Shown: positions 1 to 7,929, counted from the first letter of the stretch. The stretch is DNA of 30,079 nucleotides from Candidatus Iainarchaeum sp. (GCA_038736825.1 JAVYME010000009.1:1-30079); one strand, 5' to 3'. Numbers and translations are program-made. The notes: a model not told the origin generated them from the letters alone.

Positions 1-1
1 T

Positions 2-1081
2 TTTGCTGAAAAAAAAGGCGTTGCAGAAGAATCAATTAATTCTCCGTGTTTTCCTGAATCCATTGAACCAGAAAAGGCGTTCCTTTCAAACCTCTTGCTT
101 TCACATTATTCCAAACTGTCAAAAGAAAGGGAAATTGGCAGGATTTTTTTGGAAAACGCTGCTTTCCAAAATTTTGCCCTTTTGCCATGCAAGCAAGAAC
201 AGAAAAAAAGAAACGCAAAAAAAGCAATTTGCCAAAACCTCATAGAACTGGATTTTTCCAGAGCAATACTTGAAAAAATTGCAAAAACAAACCTTGGCCC
301 GGAATCCTTGAATTGTGATTGTTGCCAGCCAACATCGATAAATGCTGAAAATGTTTTGCCAAATTCTTTGGTTGAAGTGGAATTTCTTGAAAACGGTTTT
401 TATTTTGATTCCAGCATTCCCCTTTTTGCAAAGAAATTTCATGAAAGCAATAGCGGAAAAAGCTCAAGGCTTGCAAGGAAAAAAGAGTTTTTTCTTGAAA
501 GCATTCCAGTGGGACCATTTTATTTTGGTCAAAGAGCAGTTGTTCCACTTGCTGACGCGCATTCCCTTTACAGGAATGGTTTTGTGCGAATTGCGGGTGA
601 AAAAGGCCTTAAATGGCATTGCATTAAAAAACCGTCTTTTTTGGCTGAATCTGTTTCAAGCATTCTTTCTCTTGAGGATTCTTTGAAAAAAAGGGTTTTG
701 GAAATTGAAAAAAAAGATGTTTTGGAAAAAGGATTGAATGCGTTCAATCCTTTTTTTTCGAATCCTGAAAAGGCTGTTTTGGAGGCATTCCTGAAAGCCT
801 GTTCCAGCATAATAGAGTCTGTTTCTCTTTGCCTTGAAATTGATTTTTTTTCAGAAGGCGATTTTGCTGAAATCCTTGAAGCATTGAATTCTGGGCTTGT
901 TTTCAAGTATAATGAATTGCTTTGTGAAAGAAATTCTGAACCAATTTATTGCATTTCAGGGCGAGCTTTTGTTAAGAGAATGGAGCTTTTCACTGACTTG
1001 GCAGTAATTTCAAGGGATTTTGGCATTCCACTTCCTTGCGTGTCAAAACAATGTGTTCCTCTTTCAGGGAATGGTTTTTAA
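2..1081 (+). CDS. C-terminal part of a family-B DNA polymerase-like protein with degenerate catalytic motifs (5' end outside window)
   Basis: Frame 2 is open from the window edge (FAEKKGVAEES...) to the stop at 1079-1081; the listed ORF 95..1081 starts at an internal TTG. NLIELDFSRAILEKIAKTNLGPESL resembles PolB motif A (DFxSLYPSII..HN.SPDT). FFLESIPVGPFYFG, about 80 aa later, resembles motif B (KxxxNSxYG). FVRIAGEKG lies where motif C (YxDTDG) would be, but the acidic residues are replaced. Confidence 0.4.
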   Translation, partial: FAEKKGVAEESINSPCFPESIEPEKAFLSNLLLSHYSKLSKEREIGRIFLENAAFQNFALLPCKQEQKKRNAKKAICQNLIELDFSRAILEKIAKTNLGPESLNCDCCQPTSINAENVLPNSLVEVEFLENGFYFDSSIPLFAKKFHESNSGKSSRLARKKEFFLESIPVGPFYFGQRAVVPLADAHSLYRNGFVRIAGEKGLKWHCIKKPSFLAESVSSILSLEDSLKKRVLEIEKKDVLEKGLNAFNPFFSNPEKAVLEAFLKACSSIIESVSLCLEIDFFSEGDFAEILEALNSGLVFKYNELLCERNSEPIYCISGRAFVKRMELFTDLAVISRDFGIPLPCVSKQCVPLSGNGF

Positions 1082-1142
1082 TTCTTTCCAATGAAAATTC
1101 CATATTGTCTTTTTTTAGGACTGCCTTGATTGAGCGATAAAT

Positions 1143-1349
1143 ATGTCCAAACTGACAAAGTTTGAGTTGACGCGCCTTATAAGTGCGAGGGCATTGCAGC
1201 TCTCTTTTGGAGCTCCGCCTTTGGTCAAGCCATTGGAGGATGACACGCCGTATTTGATTGCAAAAAGGGAGTTGGCTGAAAAGGTTTTGCCAATGGCTGT
1301 TTTAAGGCGGCGTCCTGATGGGACAGTTGAAAAGGTGGAAATGGAGTGA
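1143..1349 (+). CDS. rpoK: DNA-directed RNA polymerase subunit K (Rpo6/RPB6 homologue)
   Basis: 68 aa. LTKFELTRLISARALQLSFGAPPLV ... LIAKRELAEKVLPMAVLRRRPDG matches the conserved RPB6/RpoK core (LTKYE.ARIIGARALQIS.GAP). ATG start with an AT-rich stretch about 25-35 nt upstream. Confidence 0.9.
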   Translation: MSKLTKFELTRLISARALQLSFGAPPLVKPLEDDTPYLIAKRELAEKVLPMAVLRRRPDGTVEKVEME

Positions 1350-1353
1350 TTTG

Positions 1354-1545
1354 ATGGGCAAAGCGGTTCCAAGGATAATCAAGCAGCGTTGTCTTAAGCT
1401 TTTGGAAGCATATCCTGAAAGTTTTTCAAAAGATTTTGCAAAAAACAAGGCTTTCCTTAAAGGATTGGGTTTGCCTTTTTCTAGAACTGACATCAATTTA
1501 ATGGCTGGTTTTATTACGAGAAAGGCTGCAGGCAAAAAAGAATAA
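1354..1545 (+). CDS. rps17e: 30S ribosomal protein eS17 (S17e)
   Basis: Start taken at the internal ATG (MGKAVPRIIKQRCLKLLEAYPESFSKDFAKNKAFL...), 4 nt after the rpoK stop. Size (63 aa) and the N-terminal MG + basic helix + FxxDFxxNK pattern are typical of archaeal eS17. Confidence 0.85.
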   Translation: MGKAVPRIIKQRCLKLLEAYPESFSKDFAKNKAFLKGLGLPFSRTDINLMAGFITRKAAGKKE

Positions 1546-1583
1546 GCCTGGCAATGATTTAGGTTTGCTTTAACTTTAATGGA

Positions 1584-1613
1584 TTTTTTTTGCTATTTTT
1601 GAGTTTTTTTTTT
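1584..1613 (+). terminator. Oligo-T terminator region after rpoK-rps17e
   Basis: Three T-runs (8, 5 and 10 T) within 30 nt downstream of the rps17e stop. Archaeal RNAP terminates at oligo-T tracts. Confidence 0.5.
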
Positions 1614-1691
1614 GTGCAACCACTTTTTTTGGTTAAATTGCATTTCGCCAATCTCTGCCAGCGAATTGGTTATGGTTTGCCAAAAATTTTT

Positions 1692-4094
1692 TTATTCTTC
1701 GATTGGTGCTAGTGTTTGAACTCTTGTAATGCCGTCTTTTTCTTTTTCTCTTTCAAGCAAGTAGAGTGAGGCGCTTGCGGCTTTTTCCATTTCAGTATTG
1801 TGTGTGATCAGGAATACTTGGTCTACTAGGCCTTCAAGCCGGTTGTGGAGCATTTCTGCTAGTTTTGAGATTGCGTTTGAGTCAAGGTTGTGTGTTGGTT
1901 CGTCAAGGATGAGGATGCCAAGGTTTCTGGCGAGCACAAGGGAAAAAGCGATTCTTAGGGTGAGGGCTACTGAGCTTCTTTCGCCTCCGGAAAGAATTCC
2001 CTCTATTTTTTCCCATTTTTGGTTTCTGGTTAAAACCTCTAATTCGTAGTTTCCCTCGCTTATTTGCATTCTTGCGCTTTCGTAATCACCATAAGGGTAA
2101 AGCCTTTTCCAGACAATGTTCATTGCTTCGTTGATTGTTTCAACCAGGGATTCTCTTAGTTCTGCTTGGGCTGCCTTTAAGGCGTTCACGAAAACTGTTG
2201 TTTTTAGTATTGCGAATTCTAGGTTTTCAAGGCTTTTTTTTGTGTTTTTAATGAGTTCTATTCTGGCGTTCATTTCGCTTTCTCTTTTTTTCTTTTCTTC
2301 TATTAGTTCTAATAGTCCCTTTATTTCTGTGTCAATTGCTTCAACTGCTTTTGTTTTTTCTCCAATTTTTCTTTCTAGTTCCATTGCTTTTTCTTCGTCA
2401 AAGCCAAGGCTTGCAAGGTTTTTTTCAGCTTCTTCCAGTTCAGTGGTTTTTTGGTTGTGCTCTTTTCTTTTTTTAATTCCTTCAATTATTTTTTCTGCTT
2501 TTGCAAGTTCTTTGTCCAATTTTTCGATTTCTTCTTCAATGTTTTCGGCTTTTAGTTCCTTTAATTGTTTTTCCAGTGCGATTAGTTTTGAGGTTATGTC
2601 GTTTTCTCTTTCAGTGTTCTCTTCAAGCCTTTTGAGTGGGGTGCGCAGGCTTTCAAGGAATGCAGTGAGTTCAATGAGGGCGCTTTTTTCTTTGGAGATT
2701 TTTTCCATTTCTGTTTCAGTTTTTTCCCTTTCTTTTTTCGCTGAATCCAGTTTTTGCATTGCTTTCAATTTGTCTGCATTCAAGCCTTCAATTAGGGTTG
2801 CAATTCTTTTTTCCAAATCCTGTCTTGCGTTTTTTGTCAGTGGTCTCTTGCATAAAGGGCATTCTTCTTTTTGTCCTATTTTTTCCAGAATTGCTTGTTC
2901 TTCGCTTTCATTGCTTTCAAGAATGCTTATTTCTTCTCCAGCCTCTTTTTCTTTTTTTTTCAGTTCTTCAAGCCTTTCCTTTAATTCTTTTTCTTTTTCT
3001 TCGAGTGTTTTCTTTTTTTTGTTTATTTCGCTTAATTCTTTTAATAGTCCTTCTTTGCTTGATGCTTTTTCGGGAAGGCTTTTTTTTGCAGACGCGTTTT
3101 CTTCCTCAATTGATTCTTTTTTTGCCTTTAGAGAAGCAATTTCGGATTCAAGGCGTGAGGCTTCTTTTTGTTGTTCCTTTAGTTTTTTTATTTGTTCCCT
3201 TATTTTTTCTGGTTTTTCCCTTGTTTCTGTTTCTTTTGCTTGTTCAAGCAGGATTCCTGTTTCAGTTTCTGTTTTTTTGATTTCCCTTTCAATGGATTCT
3301 ATTTCTTGCTTTAAGGAGACAATTTTTTCCTTTAATGCATTGAACTTTTCTTTTTTTTCTGCAAGATTTTTTGCGGTTTTTTCAATGTCTGAAAGCTCTT
3401 TTTCTAGTGCGGTTTTTTCAGCTTGTTTTTGCCTTGTTTTTTCTTCTGCATTCCTTATTTCTGATTTCAGTGTTTCTAATTCTTTTGGGTCAGTGCCTTT
3501 TTCTTGTTCTTCAAGGAATTTTTTCTTTTCCTCAGACAGTCTTTTCATGGTGTTGGTGACAGTTACTGCATTCTTTCTCACTTCTTCATAGCGGTTAAGC
3601 CCCAGCAATTCGTCAAATTTTTGCTTGCGCTCGCTGGCGTTCATTTTTATGAAAAAATCCAGCTGGTTTTGCTCTGAATAAACCGCTCGCGAGAAAAGAT
3701 CTAAATCTATTTCCAAGATTTTTTCTATGCACTCGTTTGCTTCACCCACTTTTGGTCCAGCTCGAAATTCTCCGTTTTCGTATACTTTTGCCATGCTTGC
3801 CTTTTGCCCTTTGTAGATTTTTCTTTCCACTTTATAGTTTTTGCCACCATAATCAAATTCCAGCAAAACACTTGCCTCTTCCATTTGCGAGGGTTTTTCC
3901 ATTATTGTGTCTTCAATTCTGGCTTCCTTTCTCTGCAATTCGGGGAAAGAGCCAAAGAGCGCAAAGCAAATTGCATTCATTACACTGCTTTTGCCGCTTC
4001 CCATTCTGCCGACAAGCACATTGGTTCCAGGACCGAACTCTAATTCTGTGTGCTTGTGAGAGCGCCAGTTTTCCAAAACAATTCTTCTAATCAT
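1692..4094 (-). CDS. rad50: DNA double-strand break repair ATPase Rad50
   Basis: 800 aa. Walker A GRMGSGKSS at the N-terminus, very long K/E-rich coiled coil, central zinc hook CPLCKRPL, signature SGGERSSVAL and Walker B ILILDEPTHNLD near the C-terminus. Confidence 0.92.
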   Translation of the reverse strand: MIRRIVLENWRSHKHTELEFGPGTNVLVGRMGSGKSSVMNAICFALFGSFPELQRKEARIEDTIMEKPSQMEEASVLLEFDYGGKNYKVERKIYKGQKASMAKVYENGEFRAGPKVGEANECIEKILEIDLDLFSRAVYSEQNQLDFFIKMNASERKQKFDELLGLNRYEEVRKNAVTVTNTMKRLSEEKKKFLEEQEKGTDPKELETLKSEIRNAEEKTRQKQAEKTALEKELSDIEKTAKNLAEKKEKFNALKEKIVSLKQEIESIEREIKKTETETGILLEQAKETETREKPEKIREQIKKLKEQQKEASRLESEIASLKAKKESIEEENASAKKSLPEKASSKEGLLKELSEINKKKKTLEEKEKELKERLEELKKKEKEAGEEISILESNESEEQAILEKIGQKEECPLCKRPLTKNARQDLEKRIATLIEGLNADKLKAMQKLDSAKKEREKTETEMEKISKEKSALIELTAFLESLRTPLKRLEENTERENDITSKLIALEKQLKELKAENIEEEIEKLDKELAKAEKIIEGIKKRKEHNQKTTELEEAEKNLASLGFDEEKAMELERKIGEKTKAVEAIDTEIKGLLELIEEKKKRESEMNARIELIKNTKKSLENLEFAILKTTVFVNALKAAQAELRESLVETINEAMNIVWKRLYPYGDYESARMQISEGNYELEVLTRNQKWEKIEGILSGGERSSVALTLRIAFSLVLARNLGILILDEPTHNLDSNAISKLAEMLHNRLEGLVDQVFLITHNTEMEKAASASLYLLEREKEKDGITRVQTLAPIEE

Positions 4095-4134
4095 CTAGAT
4101 AAATTATGGCTAAAATGGTTAAAAAGAAAAAGGT

Positions 4135-4395
4135 TCAAAGAAGGGTTTCGCCTTCAACTGAAACGCTTTCAACGCCTTTCAAGGACTTAACTTCTGTTTC
4201 AAGCAATGCCACTTCCCCTTCCCTTTCATTGGGAATAATGACGCCAGCCCTTATAATGAACATTCCAAAAGCAAGCGGTTCTTTTCTGGCTTCTTGGAGC
4301 CTGCCAGCCTTTATTTTGGAAAGCTGTGCAATTATTTTGTCCTCCAAGCCAGGCGCTTCAGGCATTATTTTCAAAATCACCATGGATTCTCCCAT
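4135..4395 (-). CDS. Translation elongation factor aEF-1 beta
   Basis: 86 aa. VILKIMPEAPGLE ... EPLAFGMFIIRAGVIIPNEREGEV ... VESVSVE follows the archaeal EF-1beta pattern (KVMPESP..., EPIAFGL..., final acidic strand). Confidence 0.85.
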   Translation of the reverse strand: MGESMVILKIMPEAPGLEDKIIAQLSKIKAGRLQEARKEPLAFGMFIIRAGVIIPNEREGEVALLETEVKSLKGVESVSVEGETLL

Positions 4396-4414
4396 TGTTT
4401 CACCAGCTTTTTTT

Positions 4415-4579
4415 TTAAGGCCCGCTAAAACCGCATTCAGGGCAAGTGTAGGGCTTGCTTGAGCTCCTGCACGTAGTGCACCTTATTATTTTTGCATTCA
4501 AGCATTTCGGGCACTTGAATTCCACATATTCGGATACAACCACTTTGTTGCAAGAACTGCACTTCTTCAAAAAATTCAC
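4415..4579 (-). CDS. Small zinc-ribbon protein (COG2888-type, usual partner of aEF-1 beta)
   Basis: Four CxxC pairs (CSSC, CPKC, CTTC, CPEC). Lies immediately upstream of aEF-1beta, as in many archaea. The track start (TTG at 4612) adds an odd hydrophobic extension. An in-frame GTG (4577-4579) or TTG (4568-4570) just before KKCSSC is more plausible, so the start is uncertain. Confidence 0.7.
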   Translation of the reverse strand: MNFLKKCSSCNKVVVSEYVEFKCPKCLNAKIIRCTTCRSSSKPYTCPECGFSGP

Positions 4580-4640
4580 CCCAAAAAAGCAAATTAAAAC
4601 AATTTTAAACAATAAGCACTAATAATCCTTTAACGCAAGC

Positions 4641-4648
4641 TTTTAAAG
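4641..4648 (+). promoter_or_regulatory. TATA-like box upstream of tRNA-Arg
   Basis: TTTTAAAG spans -30 to -23 relative to the first nucleotide of the mature tRNA (4671). Confidence 0.4.
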
Positions 4649-4670
4649 GCTAACAGCTAATGGCTTGCCT

Positions 4671-4833
4671 GGCCCCGTAGCTTAATGGACAGAGCACCCG
4701 GCTTCGGAGAGCCTTTTCTTTTTTGAAAAAAGCGTTTGTTGAAAATATAGCAAAAAACTAAAAGAAAACAGGAAAAGGCACAATTTTTGTCGAAGCCACC
4801 GGGCGATTAGGGGTTCGAGTCCCCTCGGGGTCG
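4671..4833 (+). tRNA. tRNA-Arg (anticodon UCG) interrupted by a 90-nt intron; no encoded CCA
   Basis: Hand-folded. Acceptor GGCCCCG/CGGGGTC (one G-U), D arm GCTT-AATGGACA-GAGC, anticodon stem CCCGG/CCGGG with loop CTTCGG|A (anticodon TCG), variable CGATT, T arm AGGGG-TTCGAGT-CCCCT, discriminator G. Exons are 4671-4707 and 4798-4833. Confidence 0.85.
4708..4797 (+). other. tRNA intron at canonical position 37/38
   Basis: The intron 3' end CGAAG(CC) pairs with anticodon-loop CTTCG. This leaves a 3-nt bulge (CC|A) at the 3' splice site and GG|A at the 5' site. The outer helix is weak, giving a relaxed bulge-helix-bulge. The intron is A-rich and has no C/D box motifs. Confidence 0.75.
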
Positions 4834-4906
4834 TTTAAGTGCACGCCTTCTTCAAAAGCAACAGGTTAATTTTTTTAGGTTTTCAAGCAATTGTTTCCAA
4901 TTTTTT

Positions 4907-6286
4907 TTACAAGAATATTTCTTTTCCTTCCAAAAACCTTGAAAGCCCGTATTTGAAGAATTCGTCCTTTTTTGCAATTGCAAGAAATTCGCTTTTTTCA
5001 AGGAATTTGGCTTTTGAGAGCGCTTTCCTGAATGGTTCTTTTTCCAGTTTTTTTCTTTCTTGCAGGAAAACCTTTGCTAGTGCCATGGCATTCACATACT
5101 TTCTTGGCTCTTCCACAATCCAGCGCCCGTTTTCAATTCTGGGCCCGGTTAGTGGGCGCGAGTGCTTTGCAAGGAATGCTTTTGAATGCGGTTCATCCCA
5201 GGCAGGCGGTCCAGTGAAAATTATTGTGGGATTCAATTCAATGGATTCAAGTTCCACGAAAAAGTCCATGCTTTTGCCCTCTTCTGCAAACAATTCCACT
5301 CTGCGAGGAAGAAAGCCATACAATGCAAATCCGTTGTGCAAGTGCTTTTTGAATTTTCTCATTTGCCCCCATATGACATCGCTTAAGGCGTTTTTTGGGA
5401 AAGGCATTCTCAATGCAAACATTTGGTCTATTCCAATGAGTTTTTTCATTCTCTGCTTTGAAATTGGTTTTGGCTTAGAGGGATAAAAAAATTTTCTGTC
5501 AGGTTTTTCCAAGAAAGCCCTGCTTGCAGCAACAAATCTTGCAAACTGTTCAATGCTTAGGGCGGCTGCAACATTCCTGTTCTTGTCAGTTGGATCCAAG
5601 AAAACCAGGGGCGCATTGAATTGTTTTGCTTTTTTTGAATCAACCTCTTCCCCTATTGCAAGCGCAATCCCGGGTTTCCAGTTGCTTGCTTCAACAAGGG
5701 TTTTCTGCAAAGAACCAAATTTCAGTATTAACAGTTCTGCAAGGTATCCTGAAAAGCCCTCTTTCTCTATTTTTGCACCATAACAGTCTATGCCTTTCAA
5801 GAAGGCTTTTAAGAGCCTCACTTCAGCGCACAACTCTGGTTTTAAGTGCTTCAAGAGATAACGATTGTGAAATGGAGACCGGTCAACCGCGCTTTTCAAC
5901 TGGCTTGCCTTTTTAACATTGTAAGATGGCACTATTTCGATTTCAAAGCCGTTCACTATGCCGCGCGTGTAAGGGTGCTCGCTGTATTCAAGCCACCACT
6001 TGTGCCCCTTGAACGCCTTTCTGCCAATTGCGAGGCCTTCTTTTTCAAATTCTGCGCGCGGCATTTTTGCCGGAAATAACACAAAAATATCTATGTCGCG
6101 GTCGTCGCGCAAGTGTGTGTTCCTTGCAATTGAGCCAGCCAGTGTCACTCCCAAATGCTTTCCCTTGGCTTTCTTGATTTTGGCCATTATTTGTTCCGCT
6201 GTTTTTTTCTCTTTTTCCCTTTCTTTTTCAGTAGGGGTTACTTTGGCTAGAACTTCAGCGAATATTTTTTTCATTTTCATCGCCAT
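4907..6286 (-). CDS. cca: CCA-adding enzyme (archaeal class I tRNA nucleotidyltransferase)
   Basis: 459 aa. GSIARNTHLRDDRDIDIFVLFP is the class-I nucleotidyltransferase motif. Length and overall order fit archaeal Cca. Alternative ATG starts at 6280 and 6274. Confidence 0.88.
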   Translation of the reverse strand: MAMKMKKIFAEVLAKVTPTEKEREKEKKTAEQIMAKIKKAKGKHLGVTLAGSIARNTHLRDDRDIDIFVLFPAKMPRAEFEKEGLAIGRKAFKGHKWWLEYSEHPYTRGIVNGFEIEIVPSYNVKKASQLKSAVDRSPFHNRYLLKHLKPELCAEVRLLKAFLKGIDCYGAKIEKEGFSGYLAELLILKFGSLQKTLVEASNWKPGIALAIGEEVDSKKAKQFNAPLVFLDPTDKNRNVAAALSIEQFARFVAASRAFLEKPDRKFFYPSKPKPISKQRMKKLIGIDQMFALRMPFPKNALSDVIWGQMRKFKKHLHNGFALYGFLPRRVELFAEEGKSMDFFVELESIELNPTIIFTGPPAWDEPHSKAFLAKHSRPLTGPRIENGRWIVEEPRKYVNAMALAKVFLQERKKLEKEPFRKALSKAKFLEKSEFLAIAKKDEFFKYGLSRFLEGKEIFL

Positions 6287-6354
6287 TGCCTAAGCGAGCG
6301 ACAATATTAATAATTAGTTCTGGTTAATATAATTTGTCTTTTTTGGTGTTTTGA

Positions 6355-7923
6355 TTGTACAAGGCAGGAATAGAGGAAAAAAAGGGCAAACTGCTGGAAT
6401 CATATGGCAGCATAAAGGTTTTTGATGGGTTTCCCTACAAGCTTTACGAGGTCAACGAAGAGGATTTTCCGCCAGCGCAAAAAAAGATAGCTGACTTGCT
6501 GGTCAGCTCAATAAATCGCACTTATTCCCTTGACGAAATAAAAGAAGCAGTGTCCATAGACAAAGCAGTGGAGTTTGTAAACCATTTCAATACTGAAATA
6601 ATTCAAACAATTGAAATAAACGAGCTTTTAGTGAAATTTCCCTCCATCCAAGTTTACTCTGACCTTAAAAGCAAAATAATAGACTTGTTCAAAAAATACA
6701 TGCCCAAAATAACAAAGCGCGAAGAAGTGGCTGACTACATTTTAAACAATTCAATCGGTTATTCCAAAATTTTTCCACTAGTGCTGGATGATTCACTGGA
6801 AGAAATAATGATAAACGGCGCTAAAACCCCTGTTTTTGTCTTTCACAAAAGGCACGGCATGTGCATGACAAACATTGTTTTTGAAAACGAGCGAACCCTA
6901 ATCAAGCTGGCTTCAAAGATTGCCCTAACAGTTGGAAAAAAATTCGATGAAGCCAACCCGCTTTTGGATGCCCGAATGATGGATGGAAGCAGAGCCAATG
7001 CAACCTTTCCAAATGTCACACCAATAGGTTTAACCATAACCATAAGGAAATTCAACAAAATGCCGCTTTCCATAGTTGAGCTTATAAAAAGCAACACGCT
7101 TTCAAGCGAGGTTGCTGCATTTTTGTGGCTCATGGTTGAAGGCTTAAACATAGAGCCAATGAACATAATAATCAGTGGTGGCGCTGGAAGCGGAAAAACC
7201 ACGCTAATGAACGCTCTTGCCACCTTCATTCGCTATGATGACCGCGTAATCTCTATAGAGGACACTTTAGAGCTTGACTTGGGTTCAAGAGAAAACTGGA
7301 TTCAAATGGAATCCAAGCCAAAAATTCGCAATTTTGAAGAAGTAACCATGAATGATTTGCTTAAAAACTCTCTTAGAATGCGGCCTGACAGAATAATTGT
7401 GGGCGAAGTCAGAGGCGAAGAAACCCAAACCTTGTTTGTAGCAATGGACACAGGCCACAGGGGCATTCTTGGAACCTTGCACTCAAACACTGCAAGGGAA
7501 ATGATTCTCAGGCTTCAAAGCCCTCCAATGAATGTTCCAGAGCACATGCTGCCCTTGCTAAACCTTTGCGTTATAATGTTTAGAATGTATGACAGGCGCT
7601 TTGGCCTTATTCGCAGGGTGAAGGAGATTGCGGAAATCCAGAGAATGGAGAACAAGGTTTTGCTTAGCAATATTTATGAATGGGATAAAAAGGCAGATTT
7701 AGTGAAAAAAACCGATGTTCCATCGCATACACTGGACGTGCTTGCGGAGAAAACCTCTCTCTCAAAACAGGAATTAAAGGACGAAATCTTGGTAAGGAAA
7801 AGAATACTGGACTGGATGATTGAAAACAATATTTTTAGAGCGCCAGAAGTGGAGAGAGTCATACAAGAATACTATCTTGACCCTCGAGGCATACTGGAAA
7901 AAATCTCTCAAGGAAAGAAATAG
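6355..7923 (+). CDS. Type II/IV secretion-family ATPase (archaeal PilB / FlaI(ArlI)-like)
   Basis: 522 aa. Walker A SGGAGSGKTT, Walker B region DRIIVGEVRGEE, His-box region GILGTLHSN. TTG start as given by the track. Confidence 0.85.
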   Translation: MYKAGIEEKKGKLLESYGSIKVFDGFPYKLYEVNEEDFPPAQKKIADLLVSSINRTYSLDEIKEAVSIDKAVEFVNHFNTEIIQTIEINELLVKFPSIQVYSDLKSKIIDLFKKYMPKITKREEVADYILNNSIGYSKIFPLVLDDSLEEIMINGAKTPVFVFHKRHGMCMTNIVFENERTLIKLASKIALTVGKKFDEANPLLDARMMDGSRANATFPNVTPIGLTITIRKFNKMPLSIVELIKSNTLSSEVAAFLWLMVEGLNIEPMNIIISGGAGSGKTTLMNALATFIRYDDRVISIEDTLELDLGSRENWIQMESKPKIRNFEEVTMNDLLKNSLRMRPDRIIVGEVRGEETQTLFVAMDTGHRGILGTLHSNTAREMILRLQSPPMNVPEHMLPLLNLCVIMFRMYDRRFGLIRRVKEIAEIQRMENKVLLSNIYEWDKKADLVKKTDVPSHTLDVLAEKTSLSKQELKDEILVRKRILDWMIENNIFRAPEVERVIQEYYLDPRGILEKISQGKK

Positions 7924-7929
7924 TGCAAG

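Noticed and set aside
2116-3591. 491-aa plus-strand ORF (and nested 173-aa and 62-aa ORFs) antisense to rad50.
   Set aside because: It is an F/S/L-rich low-complexity product, the mirror image of the K/E-rich (AAR/GAR) coiled-coil codons of rad50. Such codons rarely create stop codons on the opposite strand. It has no motif and no independent start context, whereas rad50 on the minus strand has full diagnostic motifs.
4839-5486. 215-aa plus-strand ORF antisense to cca. Similar antisense ORFs occur at 8156-8713, 9008-9685, 20708-21235 and 23414-23902.
   Set aside because: Each lies wholly inside a minus-strand gene with strong family motifs (Cca, ThpR/Taw3, metallophosphoesterase, membrane protein, MtnA-type isomerase). 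Their products are low-complexity and unrecognisable.
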